A stretch of DNA of 64,000 nucleotides. Origin: a virus (Duplodnaviria; Caudoviricetes). How positions within the stretch are numbered: the stretch's first letter is position 1; the number at the start of each line of letters is the position of its first letter. The DNA lies in the IMG/VR virus record IMGVR_UViG_3300024269_000024, positions 64,001-128,000 of that record. One strand, 5' to 3'. Positions 1 to 11,600 of this stretch are shown here, one piece after another. Made by a program: the position numbers and the translations under genes. The notes under the pieces are model-generated. The model did not search any database. It saw only the letters and a list, made by a program, of their open reading frames with translations, and was not told the origin of the DNA.

Positions 1-1
1 T

Positions 2-1480
2 AAAGTTGATTCTAAGGATGCGATCACAGGTCTGTCTGCGTCGGGCCAGACTGTAACATACACTAAGGGAGATGGTACTACTGGTACCATTACCACTCAA
101 GATACACATATTACTTATTCTGCTGGTACTGGCATTGCGCTGGATGGTACGACATTCAGCAACTCTGGTGTGCGCTCCGTAGCCACTGGTTCTGCTAATG
201 GTACTATTTCTGTAAACACAAATGGCATTAGCGCAAATGTTGCAGTTAAGGGACTAGGTTCTGCTGCATATACGGCTTATACCGCCTATGATGCGGCTGG
301 GGCGGCAAACAGTGCATTGACAGACGCGAAGGAATATGCTGACGAACTATATGAAGGCATTACTCCTGAAAGTATTGGTGCGCTACCGATTACTGGTGGC
401 AATATCACTGGTTATTTTAGACTTAAAAACCATGCGAAATACCCTGAATTTAGTTTCTGGCCTAGCTCACTTGCATCGGTGGCAAGTAAAATGATTGCAA
501 ATGTTGCAATGTCTGATGAAGTCATCACTTCTAATCATTTATCTTTTAGAGAGTTGAGTTACGAGTCTGGAACTAATAATATGTTGCAAACGTATGAAAA
601 TTACAATCTGCCTCGCGTCGATGCGGATAAAACCACAAATAACAATTACGACATACTCACGACAAAAAATCCTGTCACAGTTGCTCAAGGTGGCACAGGC
701 GCAACGACAGCAGAGACAGCTTTAACGAATCTTGGTGCAGTATCTCAAGATGCATTCGATGCGCATAGCCATAGTTATATTGCGACTACATCTGAAAGTG
801 GTTCATCTTCGTTTGTAGATTATAGAACACTTTCTTTTAAGGCTGGCACTGTACCTTATGGTGATACTGTAGATGGAAGTTATAACAGCCCATATGGCGC
901 ATATACTAGTGGAGGAAATCAAGTTGACTATGGTTCTTTGCTAAGAGCGAATTTTTCTAATGCTTATTATACCGATCTTTGGTTTGATGCTAATAGAAAA
1001 ACACTAACATATAGACAAGTGATAAATGGTGTTTCTCAAGGCTGGAAGCAATTGGTGGACACCAGTGGCGCAACTATGACTGGTACACTTATTGCGGGTG
1101 GAGGATTTACTGTTAAACAAGAAAGCACTTGGCCTGCTATTGATTTTCAATGCGGCAGTGGTAACGATGGCTCGTTTGGCCTTGCCACAGGTACATCGAC
1201 ACTGAATCGAAATTATTTCTATTTCCGCGAGAAGAGTCAAAATTCTTCTGACTACAGTTCGCTGAGTTATTATGAGGACTATAGATTACCTTATCCCGAC
1301 AAAGACCGTACTAGCAATGGCACATATTATATTTTAACCACCAAAGATGTTGTCACTGTTGCACAGGGCGGCACTGGAGCTACAACAAAGGCCGATGCTC
1401 GTACAAATCTTGGTATAAAATCAGGCACATCACTTCCTGAAAGTGGCACAGTGGGAGACATTTTCTTCCTGCACAATTAA
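2..1480 (+). CDS. Tail fibre / receptor-binding protein, C-terminal part (5'-truncated by window edge)
   Basis: Frame is open from base 2 into the 170..1480 ORF. Gly/Thr/Ser-rich, with fibre-type motifs GLGSAAY and VAQGGTGATT..A..NLG (twice). Confidence 0.75.
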   Translation, partial: KVDSKDAITGLSASGQTVTYTKGDGTTGTITTQDTHITYSAGTGIALDGTTFSNSGVRSVATGSANGTISVNTNGISANVAVKGLGSAAYTAYTAYDAAGAANSALTDAKEYADELYEGITPESIGALPITGGNITGYFRLKNHAKYPEFSFWPSSLASVASKMIANVAMSDEVITSNHLSFRELSYESGTNNMLQTYENYNLPRVDADKTTNNNYDILTTKNPVTVAQGGTGATTAETALTNLGAVSQDAFDAHSHSYIATTSESGSSSFVDYRTLSFKAGTVPYGDTVDGSYNSPYGAYTSGGNQVDYGSLLRANFSNAYYTDLWFDANRKTLTYRQVINGVSQGWKQLVDTSGATMTGTLIAGGGFTVKQESTWPAIDFQCGSGNDGSFGLATGTSTLNRNYFYFREKSQNSSDYSSLSYYEDYRLPYPDKDRTSNGTYYILTTKDVVTVAQGGTGATTKADARTNLGIKSGTSLPESGTVGDIFFLHN

Positions 1481-1495
1481 TTGGGGGTGAAATAT

Positions 1496-2617
1496 ATGGC
1501 GACAGTTTCAATTTCCGCTCCTTCAAGTAAATTCTCATATTTTACTTTAAATAATCAATCAGATATTAGTGCTGGATATAACATTCAATTTGTTGACAAT
1601 GGACGTATGTATATTGGAGCAGAAGCTTCATCTGGCACTAGTACTGGTGGTCGAGTTGGAGTCTTCGGTTTTAAATTGTATGATATTACAGATCGAACAC
1701 TTATACAAGGCATTGAATCATTAAGCTTTAAAATTTTTACAACCAATTCTGCAGTGGGATGGAATGGTTGTTCGGCAAGAATAGAATATATTGGTACAAC
1801 TGCAACAGCTCTTCAGGCTAATTGGAGGGTTGGTTCTAGTTCTGAAACAATTAGTCTTAAAGAGAATGCCAATGCGACAATTACTACAAGTAATCAAGAA
1901 ACTTGCTCTAATTTTGAAAATTTGATTAAGAACGCCGTATCTGGTCAATATTATTATTTTCGTTTGGTAAGAGAGAGTGGAATGGGCGCTCGTATAGATG
2001 AGAATATTGAATTAACAATTAACTATTCTGGTTCTTCTGCTAAACGTTTAGTCTCTTATATTTGGGGAACCTCTACACAAACATACACGTACCCTGAAAC
2101 GGCAATGACAAGCAACTCTTCTGCAAATTGTGTCGCTTCTGCAAGTTCAGTATATGGTACAAATTATGCTGCATGGAGAGCTTTTAACAAAAGCAATTCA
2201 GACCATTATGGTTGGGCAAGCTTAGATTCAGAATCAGAACCGTGGATACAATTACAAATGCCACAGGCGCTAGAAAATATTACAATAAAGCTTGTAAATA
2301 GAACGAAGGCAACTGGAGTTGAAGTAAATGGCCCTAAGGCTGGTTATGTACAGGGTAGCAATAATGGAACTTCATGGACACCACTTGCAAGTTTTAGTGG
2401 CTTTGATGGAACTACTTCTGCTGGAGTTTCTGGAACAATTTCATGCAATAACTCTATTGCTTATAAATATGTTCGAATTACACTTACTGAATCTGGTGGT
2501 GCTATAGGTGAAATATATATAACTGGAACTAAAACTCTGCCAGAAGGTTGGATAGAGGCAACTCCCTATGTTTACACTTCCAGTGGTTGGGAAAAGGCCA
2601 CAGCGTATAAATTTTGA
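1496..2617 (+). CDS. Virion protein with C-terminal discoidin (F5/8 type C) carbohydrate-binding domain
   Basis: ASSVY..YAAWRAF...W...EPWIQLQM...VQGSNNGTSWT..YKYVRI pattern. GGGGGTG SD precedes the ATG at 1496. Confidence 0.7.
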   Translation: MATVSISAPSSKFSYFTLNNQSDISAGYNIQFVDNGRMYIGAEASSGTSTGGRVGVFGFKLYDITDRTLIQGIESLSFKIFTTNSAVGWNGCSARIEYIGTTATALQANWRVGSSSETISLKENANATITTSNQETCSNFENLIKNAVSGQYYYFRLVRESGMGARIDENIELTINYSGSSAKRLVSYIWGTSTQTYTYPETAMTSNSSANCVASASSVYGTNYAAWRAFNKSNSDHYGWASLDSESEPWIQLQMPQALENITIKLVNRTKATGVEVNGPKAGYVQGSNNGTSWTPLASFSGFDGTTSAGVSGTISCNNSIAYKYVRITLTESGGAIGEIYITGTKTLPEGWIEATPYVYTSSGWEKATAYKF

Positions 2618-2673
2618 TAACTTTAATTAGTTATATATTTAGAAACAAACGTAATTTAAAGAGGTGAAAGAAT

Positions 2674-3828
2674 ATGAAATGTGATTTAAACACAGTTATA
2701 AAAATTGCAGAGTCTCAGGTGGGCTATTTGGAGAAAAAGACAAATGCAAATCTTGATGACTTTACAGCTAATGCTGGTAAAAATAATTACACAAAATATA
2801 ATCGTGAATATTTGAAATGGAAGGCTGGTGGCGCTCAGCCAATGCAGTGGTGCGCGGCGTTTGTTTCTTGGTGTTTCGTTGAGGCATACGGTCTTGATAC
2901 GGCGAAGAAATTACTTTGCGGCAATGTGCACTGTTACACACCATACGGCGCTAAGTACTTTAAAGATAAGAATAGATACATCAAGAGAGGTGAAGGTGCG
3001 CCAAAGCCTGGAGATGTAGTGTTTTTCTATTCTTCAAGTAAGGGTCGCATTGGACATGTTGGTATCGTTTACAATGTAACTAGTTCTAGAGTATATACCA
3101 TTGAGGGCAATACATCTGGTGCGAGCGCATTGGTAACCAATGGCGGTGGCGTGTGTAAGAAGTCTTATGCACTAACATCTACATATATAGATGGTTATGG
3201 CCGTCCAGATTATGACAGCACAGATAGTGTTGTAGTTAAGACATACAAGCTAGGTGATCGTTTACTTGAAAAGGGTTGCAAGGGCAATGACGTAAAAGAG
3301 CTCCAGGAGGCGCTAATTAAGCTAGGTTACCTCGCAGCAGACCAAGCTGATGGTGATTTTGGTAGTATTACCGAAAGTGCTGTTAAGAAGTTTCAAGCTG
3401 CCAATGGATGTATCATCGACGGTCAGTATGGTGCAAATAGCCACGATGCAATGAGTAAGGCGCTACCTGTGACTGCTAAAAATGTTGTTACAATTACTGG
3501 TAATGCAGTTAATATACGTAGAGGCCCTGGCAAATCATATGGCATACTAAAGACTTCTCGCAAGGGCGACAAGTTTGACCGCGTTGATTCAAATGATTGG
3601 ATGTGTGTGAAGCATGACGGCGCTGTTTGCTGGGTTTCTGAGAAATACATAAACAATGGTGTTTGTACAGCTAGTGCGCTAAATGTGCGCAAGGGGCCAA
3701 ATACTGATTACAAGTCTGTTGGCTTTGTTCAAAAGGGACATAAGTTTACAGCGGTTGATACTAGTGAATGGATTCCAATTTTAATTGATGGCGTAATCTA
3801 TTGGGTGTCCGCGAAATATGCGAAGTAA
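2674..3828 (+). CDS. Endolysin: CHAP domain + PG_binding_1 + two SH3b domains
   Basis: QWCAAFVSW and GHVGIV..TIEGNT (CHAP). G..VKELQEAL..DGDFG..TESAVKKFQ (PG binding). Two NIRRGPG/NVRKGPN...WVS.KY repeats. Confidence 0.9.
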   Translation: MKCDLNTVIKIAESQVGYLEKKTNANLDDFTANAGKNNYTKYNREYLKWKAGGAQPMQWCAAFVSWCFVEAYGLDTAKKLLCGNVHCYTPYGAKYFKDKNRYIKRGEGAPKPGDVVFFYSSSKGRIGHVGIVYNVTSSRVYTIEGNTSGASALVTNGGGVCKKSYALTSTYIDGYGRPDYDSTDSVVVKTYKLGDRLLEKGCKGNDVKELQEALIKLGYLAADQADGDFGSITESAVKKFQAANGCIIDGQYGANSHDAMSKALPVTAKNVVTITGNAVNIRRGPGKSYGILKTSRKGDKFDRVDSNDWMCVKHDGAVCWVSEKYINNGVCTASALNVRKGPNTDYKSVGFVQKGHKFTAVDTSEWIPILIDGVIYWVSAKYAK

Positions 3829-3861
3829 TACATGGAGCAGTTTGAATTAAGTTAATATGTA

Positions 3862-3898
3862 TAAGGCTCCACTATAAAAGTGGGGCCTTATTTTTTTA
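3862..3898 (+). terminator. Rho-independent terminator
   Basis: taaggctccac-tataaaa-gtggggcctta stem-loop followed by a T-tract. Confidence 0.8.
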
Positions 3899-3922
3899 TG
3901 GGGAAAAAGGAGTTGATGGAAT

Positions 3923-4420
3923 ATGCTTATTGCTGGAATTGATGGAAGTACAAATAGCACAGGCGTTTCAATTATGAGAGACGGTAAACTTGAATTTTAT
4001 GACTTAATTGACTTACACAAAGAAAAAGACGCAATGAAGCGTATTCAAAAAATGCTATTAAAAATTTGCGAAATTTTGGATCGTTATAAACTTGATGCAG
4101 TTTATATGGAAAAGTCAATACTTAAAAGCAATGTAGACACGGTTCAAAAATTGGCAAATTTAGCTGGGGGCATGATGTTGTATTGCGCCCAGAATGGAAT
4201 TGAATTTAAACATCCTTTGCCACCTGAATGGCGTGCAAAAATAGGAATCAAGCAATCGAGCAAAATAAAGCGCGAAGTGTTAAAGGAGCAGGCAATATTA
4301 GCTGTAAAAAATGAATATTGGATTGATGTAAATGATGATATTGCTGAATCAATACTCATTGCAAGAAGCGCTTTTGATTTACCAAAGCTTGAGATTTCAG
4401 AGGATGATTTGTGGTGTTAA
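3923..4420 (+). CDS. RuvC-like Holliday junction resolvase
   Basis: IAGIDGSTNSTG, VYMEK, P.EWR..IG, K...., DDIAESILI: the RuvC acidic residue pattern. Confidence 0.75.
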   Translation: MLIAGIDGSTNSTGVSIMRDGKLEFYDLIDLHKEKDAMKRIQKMLLKICEILDRYKLDAVYMEKSILKSNVDTVQKLANLAGGMMLYCAQNGIEFKHPLPPEWRAKIGIKQSSKIKREVLKEQAILAVKNEYWIDVNDDIAESILIARSAFDLPKLEISEDDLWC

Positions 4421-4482
4421 ATTGGGAATTATGCTGTGAGCAGCTTTATATAGAGATTTGAATTAAAAAGGAGAAATGAGTT

Positions 4483-5043
4483 ATGAAGATTATGGAATTT
4501 ATTGAATATATGCAGAAGAACACTACCAGAACAATGAGAGATGACCAGATTCAGCAGATGGTTCAAAAGGTGCTTGGAGTTAAAACGTATCTCAGCATCA
4601 AGGAAAAGCGCAACTTGATTGATAACATTATCAATGCATGTATTTTATATGAGAATGGCATTTATAAGTTTGATGGTATCGACAAGTATGTTTATTTGAC
4701 TATGTACACAATTGATGCTTATACGAATCTTGAATTGAGTACCGACGTAGAGAATGATTTTGATATGCTTTCTGAAGCAAAGCTACTACCAATTGTTGTT
4801 GGCGTAATGCAAGAGGAGTACAACGATGTTAATATCTTATTCCAAATGCAGTGTGATGCAATTCTAGAAAATAACTCCGTAGAGTCGCTAATGGGCAAGC
4901 TTGTTGGAAATGTTACTGTGTTTTTAGACGATGTGCTTAATTCACTTAAGAAAATGACAGATTTTAAGCTTGGTGAAAATGTTGACGCGCAGCATATTTT
5001 AAAAATTTTAAACGCATTCCAGGGAGCTGATGGTAATGGCTAA
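4483..5043 (+). CDS. Hypothetical protein (possible tail assembly chaperone)
   Basis: AAGGAG SD; position upstream of the tape measure gene; no motif recognised. Confidence 0.4.
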   Translation: MKIMEFIEYMQKNTTRTMRDDQIQQMVQKVLGVKTYLSIKEKRNLIDNIINACILYENGIYKFDGIDKYVYLTMYTIDAYTNLELSTDVENDFDMLSEAKLLPIVVGVMQEEYNDVNILFQMQCDAILENNSVESLMGKLVGNVTVFLDDVLNSLKKMTDFKLGENVDAQHILKILNAFQGADGNG

Positions 5044-5602
5044 AGATATTTCTGCCAAATTTAGAGCAATTGAACGGCAAAGTTATCAAGCAGGCATTGC
5101 GGTGATGCAAGATGTGGCAAGAGCTGCCATAAGAAAGGCGAGGAATGAAGTTGCTATGAATTGCTTGAGGAGATATTATGCATATTATAAACCAAAGATG
5201 TATATAAGAACAAAAAATTTGCAAAGGGCAATAACTCCTATTCTGCGCCAGCGTCATGATAAAAATAAATACACTATATTACTTGGTATTCATTTTGACT
5301 CAAGCAAATTAAACGGAGTGTATCAAAGCAATTCGTGGTATCACCAATCTGGTGGCAAATGGGTTAGCAGAAATGACTCTAGCTTTAACTGGAAAGGTCA
5401 AAATAATGGTATTGTTGACCCAAGCTGGGTGTTAGAGAATTTTTTGGAAGGAAGACACCCTGACATGTATAGTTTCAAACAAGACCCAACTACTACACAT
5501 GAAGTAATGACTGAATTTTTCGAAGAAGATATGGCTGGACTGCTTGCAGGACTTATTGCAGTTGAGTTTCCAAAGGCAGTTAAGAATTTTCTTGGTATAT
5601 GA
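5036..5602 (+). CDS. Hypothetical virion-module protein
   Basis: AGGGAG SD. YY..YKPKMYIRT..L motif resembles small morphogenesis proteins of large Firmicutes phages. Confidence 0.4.
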   Translation: MAKDISAKFRAIERQSYQAGIAVMQDVARAAIRKARNEVAMNCLRRYYAYYKPKMYIRTKNLQRAITPILRQRHDKNKYTILLGIHFDSSKLNGVYQSNSWYHQSGGKWVSRNDSSFNWKGQNNGIVDPSWVLENFLEGRHPDMYSFKQDPTTTHEVMTEFFEEDMAGLLAGLIAVEFPKAVKNFLGI

Positions 5603-5616
5603 TGAGGTGGTAAATA

Positions 5617-8600
5617 ATGGCGAATGGAAATGTGTTAGGCACATATGAGTTTCAATTTAATTTTAATGCAAAAGATGCAAAGAAACAGATATTGTCAATT
5701 TCTAATGACTTTAAAAGTCAGTTGCAAGAGATGGATACCGCCTCAAGCAAGATGTCCGTACTTAGCAACATAGTTGGTTATTTAGAAAAACTAGACAAAG
5801 CGCTCGATCAATTTAAGGCAGAGCATAAAGATGACTTTAAAAATATGTTTGCTGGGTTAGATGATCAGCTGGCAGGCTCTTTGAAGTCTATGCTTGGTAT
5901 GTCAATGCAAGATTGGGACAAGTTGACTGGAATAAAGGGACGTATTGATGCCGCGAAAGCCAATAAAGCTAAACTTCCAGAGTTACGCGCAATAGCACAA
6001 GATCTTAATTCTTTGTTCACAATGATCGGAGACAGGGAATTTATTGATATTGATAAAATGTTTAAACAAGGCAAGGGTGTTAACGCTAAATTTGATGATC
6101 GTATCAAAATTTTAAGTAATGCTCTTGACGAATTTTACATGTCTTACCAGTTTGTTACTAATTCTATTAAAGATGGATTTGGTACAGGTGGTATGGCTGG
6201 TATTAGCAAGATGAGCGAAGAGGCCAAACAAGAGGCTCAGGCGCTTAGGGATTCGGCTAGAGAACTAAGAGATGCACAACAGCAGATGTTGATGGCGCAA
6301 TCAGATATACATAGCGCCGAAAAAGGGAACAAGGGCATTCAAGAAAAGTATAGAATAGATTTGACTGCAGACGCAGTTCGTGGTTTAATCGACGATTATG
6401 AAAGCCTAGATAGTAAGTTACGTGATAGTAAATTGTCAGCAAAAGAATACTGTGACACTTTGTTGCAAATGTCTGAGGTTATTATCAAGTTAAAAAATGC
6501 ACAAAAGGCAGTTGAAGCCAACGAAGACTTTAAGGGTGTTTTATCAAACGAATCTGGTTATACTGGTGGTAATACAGCTCGTCCACAAGATAGCTTTTTA
6601 TCTGGATCATTATCTTTGTATTCTAAAGTGCTATCAAAAGATCTTATGGATAGACGCATGGGGAATCAATTTGCTGTTTATATTCAGGATATAATTGATC
6701 AGAAAATGCAGCGATTTGTTGAACTTGTTCCCAACATTATTGGCAACGGACTGAGTGGAACACACGGTACTGGTTCTGGAACAGGAGATGGTTCAGGATC
6801 TGGTATAGGTGGTCTTTCACTTGATAAGTTAAAAGCTGAGCTAGATAAATATAAATCTATGTTTGAGCAGTCTCTAACTCCTGATTTAGAAGAAGACGAG
6901 TTAGTAAGGCTAGAAGAAGAGTGCGCGAAGATAATAAATGGGCTTGTTGAAATATGCCGATTAAGTGAAAGCGCAGGTGACGAGTTTAGAGACATATTTG
7001 TCGATTATGAAGAAGACAATATAGATTTTAATGAGCTAACTGCTCAAGTGACTAAATTTTTAGGTATATCTGACCAAATTTCAGATAGTACGTTTAAAGG
7101 CGTCGGTCAACATGCAGTAACTGCCACGGAATACATCCACGCTATGACAAACGCCATCAGAGAAATGTTTGATGTGTTGTCTAAGTCATCTGATATTGAA
7201 TATAAAGCGCTTATTGGTGGTACAGATATTGCTATAAGGGCGGGGCAAGAAGGTGAAATATCAGCAAAAACTACCGCAGAAGCTTTTTTGGCGAACTTGA
7301 TGCAGGATACCGATGTAGAAGCGCATAGCCATATGGGACGCGGTTCCTTTATTAATGCACCAGACTTTTTACAAGCAAAACGTCATCAGTATGGTGGTTT
7401 AGCTAAAATAAGTGCCGTTATTGGAGGCAAAGATATTGTAACCTTGGACTTGTCAAAAGTTAAAATGGAGGATGCAGATGTCGCTTATAAAAAATTACAA
7501 GAAGTAACAAGCGGTAGTGGACGGACAGAGATTCCAGTAGAAGAGCTAAATAAAATTTTAACAGATATCAATCCAGAATATACGGATGTTGCTAGAAAAT
7601 GGGATCCCTCAAACTTCCGTGAATTGGCTACATATATATATAGTGTAAAACAAAGTGCCGAACAAAGCATTGGTCCGTTAGAGAAGTTACAACAGCTATT
7701 AAATGTTTTAGCTCATTCGAAGGTAATTAATTATTCAAAATACAGTGATATGTTGAACGGTCTCACAAAAGACAATGTTGGCGAAGTATTTAATCATATT
7801 GCAAAGGCAGAAGGTATAACAGAAGATAATGAAACATTACAGGTAGACGCGGGAGACATATCAACAATTTCTGTTGATGCACTTATTGCAGATATCCAGA
7901 GAAAAAAAGATTTATTGGATGAAAAGCGAAAGGCTCTTCAAATTACATATCAAGAGATTGAAGATATTGCGGAAAAGTATGCGAAAACTAGAAGTTCAAA
8001 AGATAGTGAGGAGCGTAATTTTTTTAAGCAATATTTTCATGCGAGCGAGTTGCCAGAACTTGATAAGCTATTTATAGATAAAGCATCTGGAGACATTGGA
8101 ATGTCTGATGTTGTTAAAAATATTGCAGCTAGATTTGGTGTACAGGAACCGTCTCATGCGGAAGAAACCGTACAACAAAGCGCAGAAGAGCAGGCGGAAG
8201 CAATAGAATATGCAAAGAAAATACTAACTAAAGCATGGCAAGATTATTATAAGGCAGCGCAAGATGCAAAAGAAGCTGGGATTAGAATTGAAGATGGCGA
8301 AGTTTCTGAAGAGATGCAAAACATCCAAAATTCTATCACAAAGATGGTGGATCAATGGAAAACTCGTTTGCCAAATGGAAAAGATGCGTCATGGCATTTA
8401 GCCGCCTTGGATGGCTACATTACAGATGAAAAAGAAGCATGGACATTTGATGAGATCAAACACAAGATAAGTGAGGCTTTTGACGACAATAAGATCACTC
8501 TTGGCATCCCACTAGATGAAATTAAAAAGCAAGCTAGTGGGCTAGAAGAACTACAAGAAGAAATAAAATCCACGGCCCAAGCAGCCGAACAAACAGGAGA

Positions 8601-11600
8601 GGCCACAAAAAATGCTCAAGCCGCAACAGCCACCAGCGAGGCAGAAGTCGCACAAATGGGCGAGCTTGCAGGAAAAGTCAAAGAAGTTACAGAATCCGTT
8701 GAAGCGAAAACTAGAGCATTTGGAGAGGAAGCAGTTGCAGTAGATGAAGTTGTGACTAAAGAAATTGAATCTCTGGATAGATTAAAAGAATATCTTGAAA
8801 ATCTACAACGATTAATTTCTCAAATCTTTTCAGGCGAGCAGTTGAAAATTGGAGAGCTTGATGGTATTGACGAAAATGAAAAAAGTAATACTGGCAAGAG
8901 TTCAATTCCTGGCTTGTTAGGTGAAATCTCAGCGCACCTCAGTTCTATTTGTGGAATTTTAGAAGGCGTCACTGGTGTTAAATCAAAAGGTGAAGACTCT
9001 GTAACTAAGACTAAGCCAGTTGTAGAAGATGCTATTGGTGGCGATGGTCTTGACGATCAGGACTTTGGCGTGTTAAATCAAATGCTTGGTGCGCTTAAGG
9101 AAATCAGTGGAACTCTTACGGCAATGAAATCAGACGTTGATTCTGGCGATACATCGAAAAAGAGTTATGCTTTTGACGATACTCTACAGCAAACTAATGT
9201 AATTCTCAATAACATTTTAGGCGCAGTTAAAAATGAAGTGCAGGAAGGCAAAAACATTTCCAATGTACAAGAAAGTATTAGCAAGCTGATTAATGCTTTA
9301 ACGCCAGCTGTTAGTACATTGTATGACGTTGCAAGTGGCATTGTGCAAGCTCAAGAAAGAACTAAGACAAGCACAAGTCTTGCACAGGCAAGAATCGCCA
9401 ATAATCAAACTAGAAATGATTTAGTTGCCACTGCGCTTGGAGCGGTTGATTACAAAAAAATAAATGGTGGCAGTAGCAAAGTTACTGCTATGATACCGCG
9501 TACTGATGGTATTGTTGAAATGGTTGGGTATATTCAAACTGCTACTGATGAATGGGAACAGTTTACATTGCAGGTTGATGAGGCAAATAAAGTAAGCATT
9601 CTTGCTTATGACGTTAATGGTCGGGCTGCAAAAGAAGCTGCACGGGCAGCGAAAGCGCTCAAAAAAGAAGAGGAAAATAATCCTAAGTACAACCCTCTAG
9701 ATACCGCTAAAAAAGCACGTGAAGAATTACGCAAGCGTGGCGCAGATGACACGGAAACTACAGTGCAGTTTAAAGACAGCGGAAGATACACTGTCACTTC
9801 AAAAAAGACAATTGGCAATTTGTCTCAGGAAATTTTCCAGACATTTGATGAAGATGTCAAGGCAATGGAGCGCACGACCGTTACGGTGTCCGATCATATT
9901 GCTACTGAACTTGCAAGGGCGCACAAATTTATTACGGACAACTCGGCGAACATTGACAGTAAATTGTTGCAAGACTATAAGAGTGCGCATGATATGCTTG
10001 TTAATACAGATTGGGAAGGTAATAATGATCTTGATGGATGGAACAAGCAAATTGAGTTGGTCAAGCACTTAGGCAAAGAAGTACAAAAAGTTATTGAAGC
10101 AAAACGTAAGTTGAATGAGCAGCCAAATGCTGTCGCTAATGATACGAGATTAAAGGCTTATCTTGCGCAAGTGAATGATGCATTTAAATCAACTGGCATT
10201 GATGTTAATGCTCCAAAGACAAAGGAAGAAGAGGCAATTGTCGCAGCTCGCGATGCAGCGCTTAATAAACTGCTAGAGGTTAAAACCGTACAGGGCAATC
10301 TAGTAGATCTCAATGGACAAGAAAAACAAGCTGTTGATGCAGTGGTAAAAGCTTTAACAGACAAGACCAGCGCCTACATTCAAACTAAAAAGAACGCTGA
10401 AGCGGCAAAGCAAGCTCAGGATGCACTAAACAATATTCCAACTGCAAAGAGCGACCAGGCAAAGAATCTTAAGGATTTTACTGACAACTTAAAGAACTCA
10501 AACTTGTTGACCGCAGATTTGTCTGGTCGACTAACTGACATTAACAGCCAATTAAATAATGTTCAAACACCAGATCAACTAGATGAGTGGATCGAAAAGT
10601 TTGGAAAATTACAGACTGATATTGAGACGTTTATGCAGTCGCTGAAACAGGCTGGCATTGTAGGTGGCAAAAGTAAAGTAGACGACACACAGCAGTTTAT
10701 CCTTGATAATATCGATGATGTTACCAACGACAATCTGTTCAATGCTTATGCTGATGCGCATGCAGAACTTGTCGATATACAGAACAAATATGCCAAACAG
10801 CCTTCGTTGAGTCAAGCAGACATCGATGCATGGAAATCTCAGATTGATCATGTTAGACTTCTTGGTGATCAGATTGAAAAATTAATTATCAAAAGACAAC
10901 AACTTGCTGCTCAACCAGGTGTTGCATTAAGTGCAGAAAAGTTGGGTAAATATCAGAGCGACGCAAAAAGCATGCTCAAAGATTCTGGTTTCGATATAAA
11001 TAAAGAGGAAGACGACGTAGTTTACAAAAAGATTAAGGAAATCTATGGCAAAATACACGATAAGACAAAAGAATTACAAGGTAGCAAAGCTGTATTGACA
11101 GATGATCAAATTGCAGAATTTAATAGCTTAATGGCCAATCTTGAGACTTGGACTAAGAGGTATTCTCAGAGGAGACAAGACGAAGAAACACGTCAGAAAT
11201 TTAATCAAGACAAGCTATCTCAACAAGATGCATTTGACAAATATAAAAATGGCCTTAGCGGCATGGGCGACATGTCCGATGAGGTTAAACATAAATTAGA
11301 GCAACTAGGAGAAGAGCTTAAAAAGATTGGCGATCAAGATGCATTGGATGCATGGAAAAAGAGCTTTGAAGAGCTTCAGTCTACTGTCTCAAAAGGTTCT
11401 TTGTCAGAAATGGCAGATCTTAAGAGACAGACTAGCGCGCAAGTTAGAGGTTTGGATTTCAAGGATACGGACACTGACTTAGATGATGAGCAAAAAGAAA
11501 TTATAGCTCTGCGAAAGCAATTAATGACTCAGATTGATGAGTATGTTGCAAAAGTTAAAAACGGCGAGACTGCAGAGATTAACGGTATTAATGCAACAAA

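Noticed and set aside
4996-5043. Slippery heptamers T TTA AAA / T TTA AAC near the end of the gene two upstream of the TMP (possible tail-chaperone -1 frameshift)
   Set aside because: The -1 frame stops within six codons (TGA). The next ORF is in the +1 frame and has its own SD.
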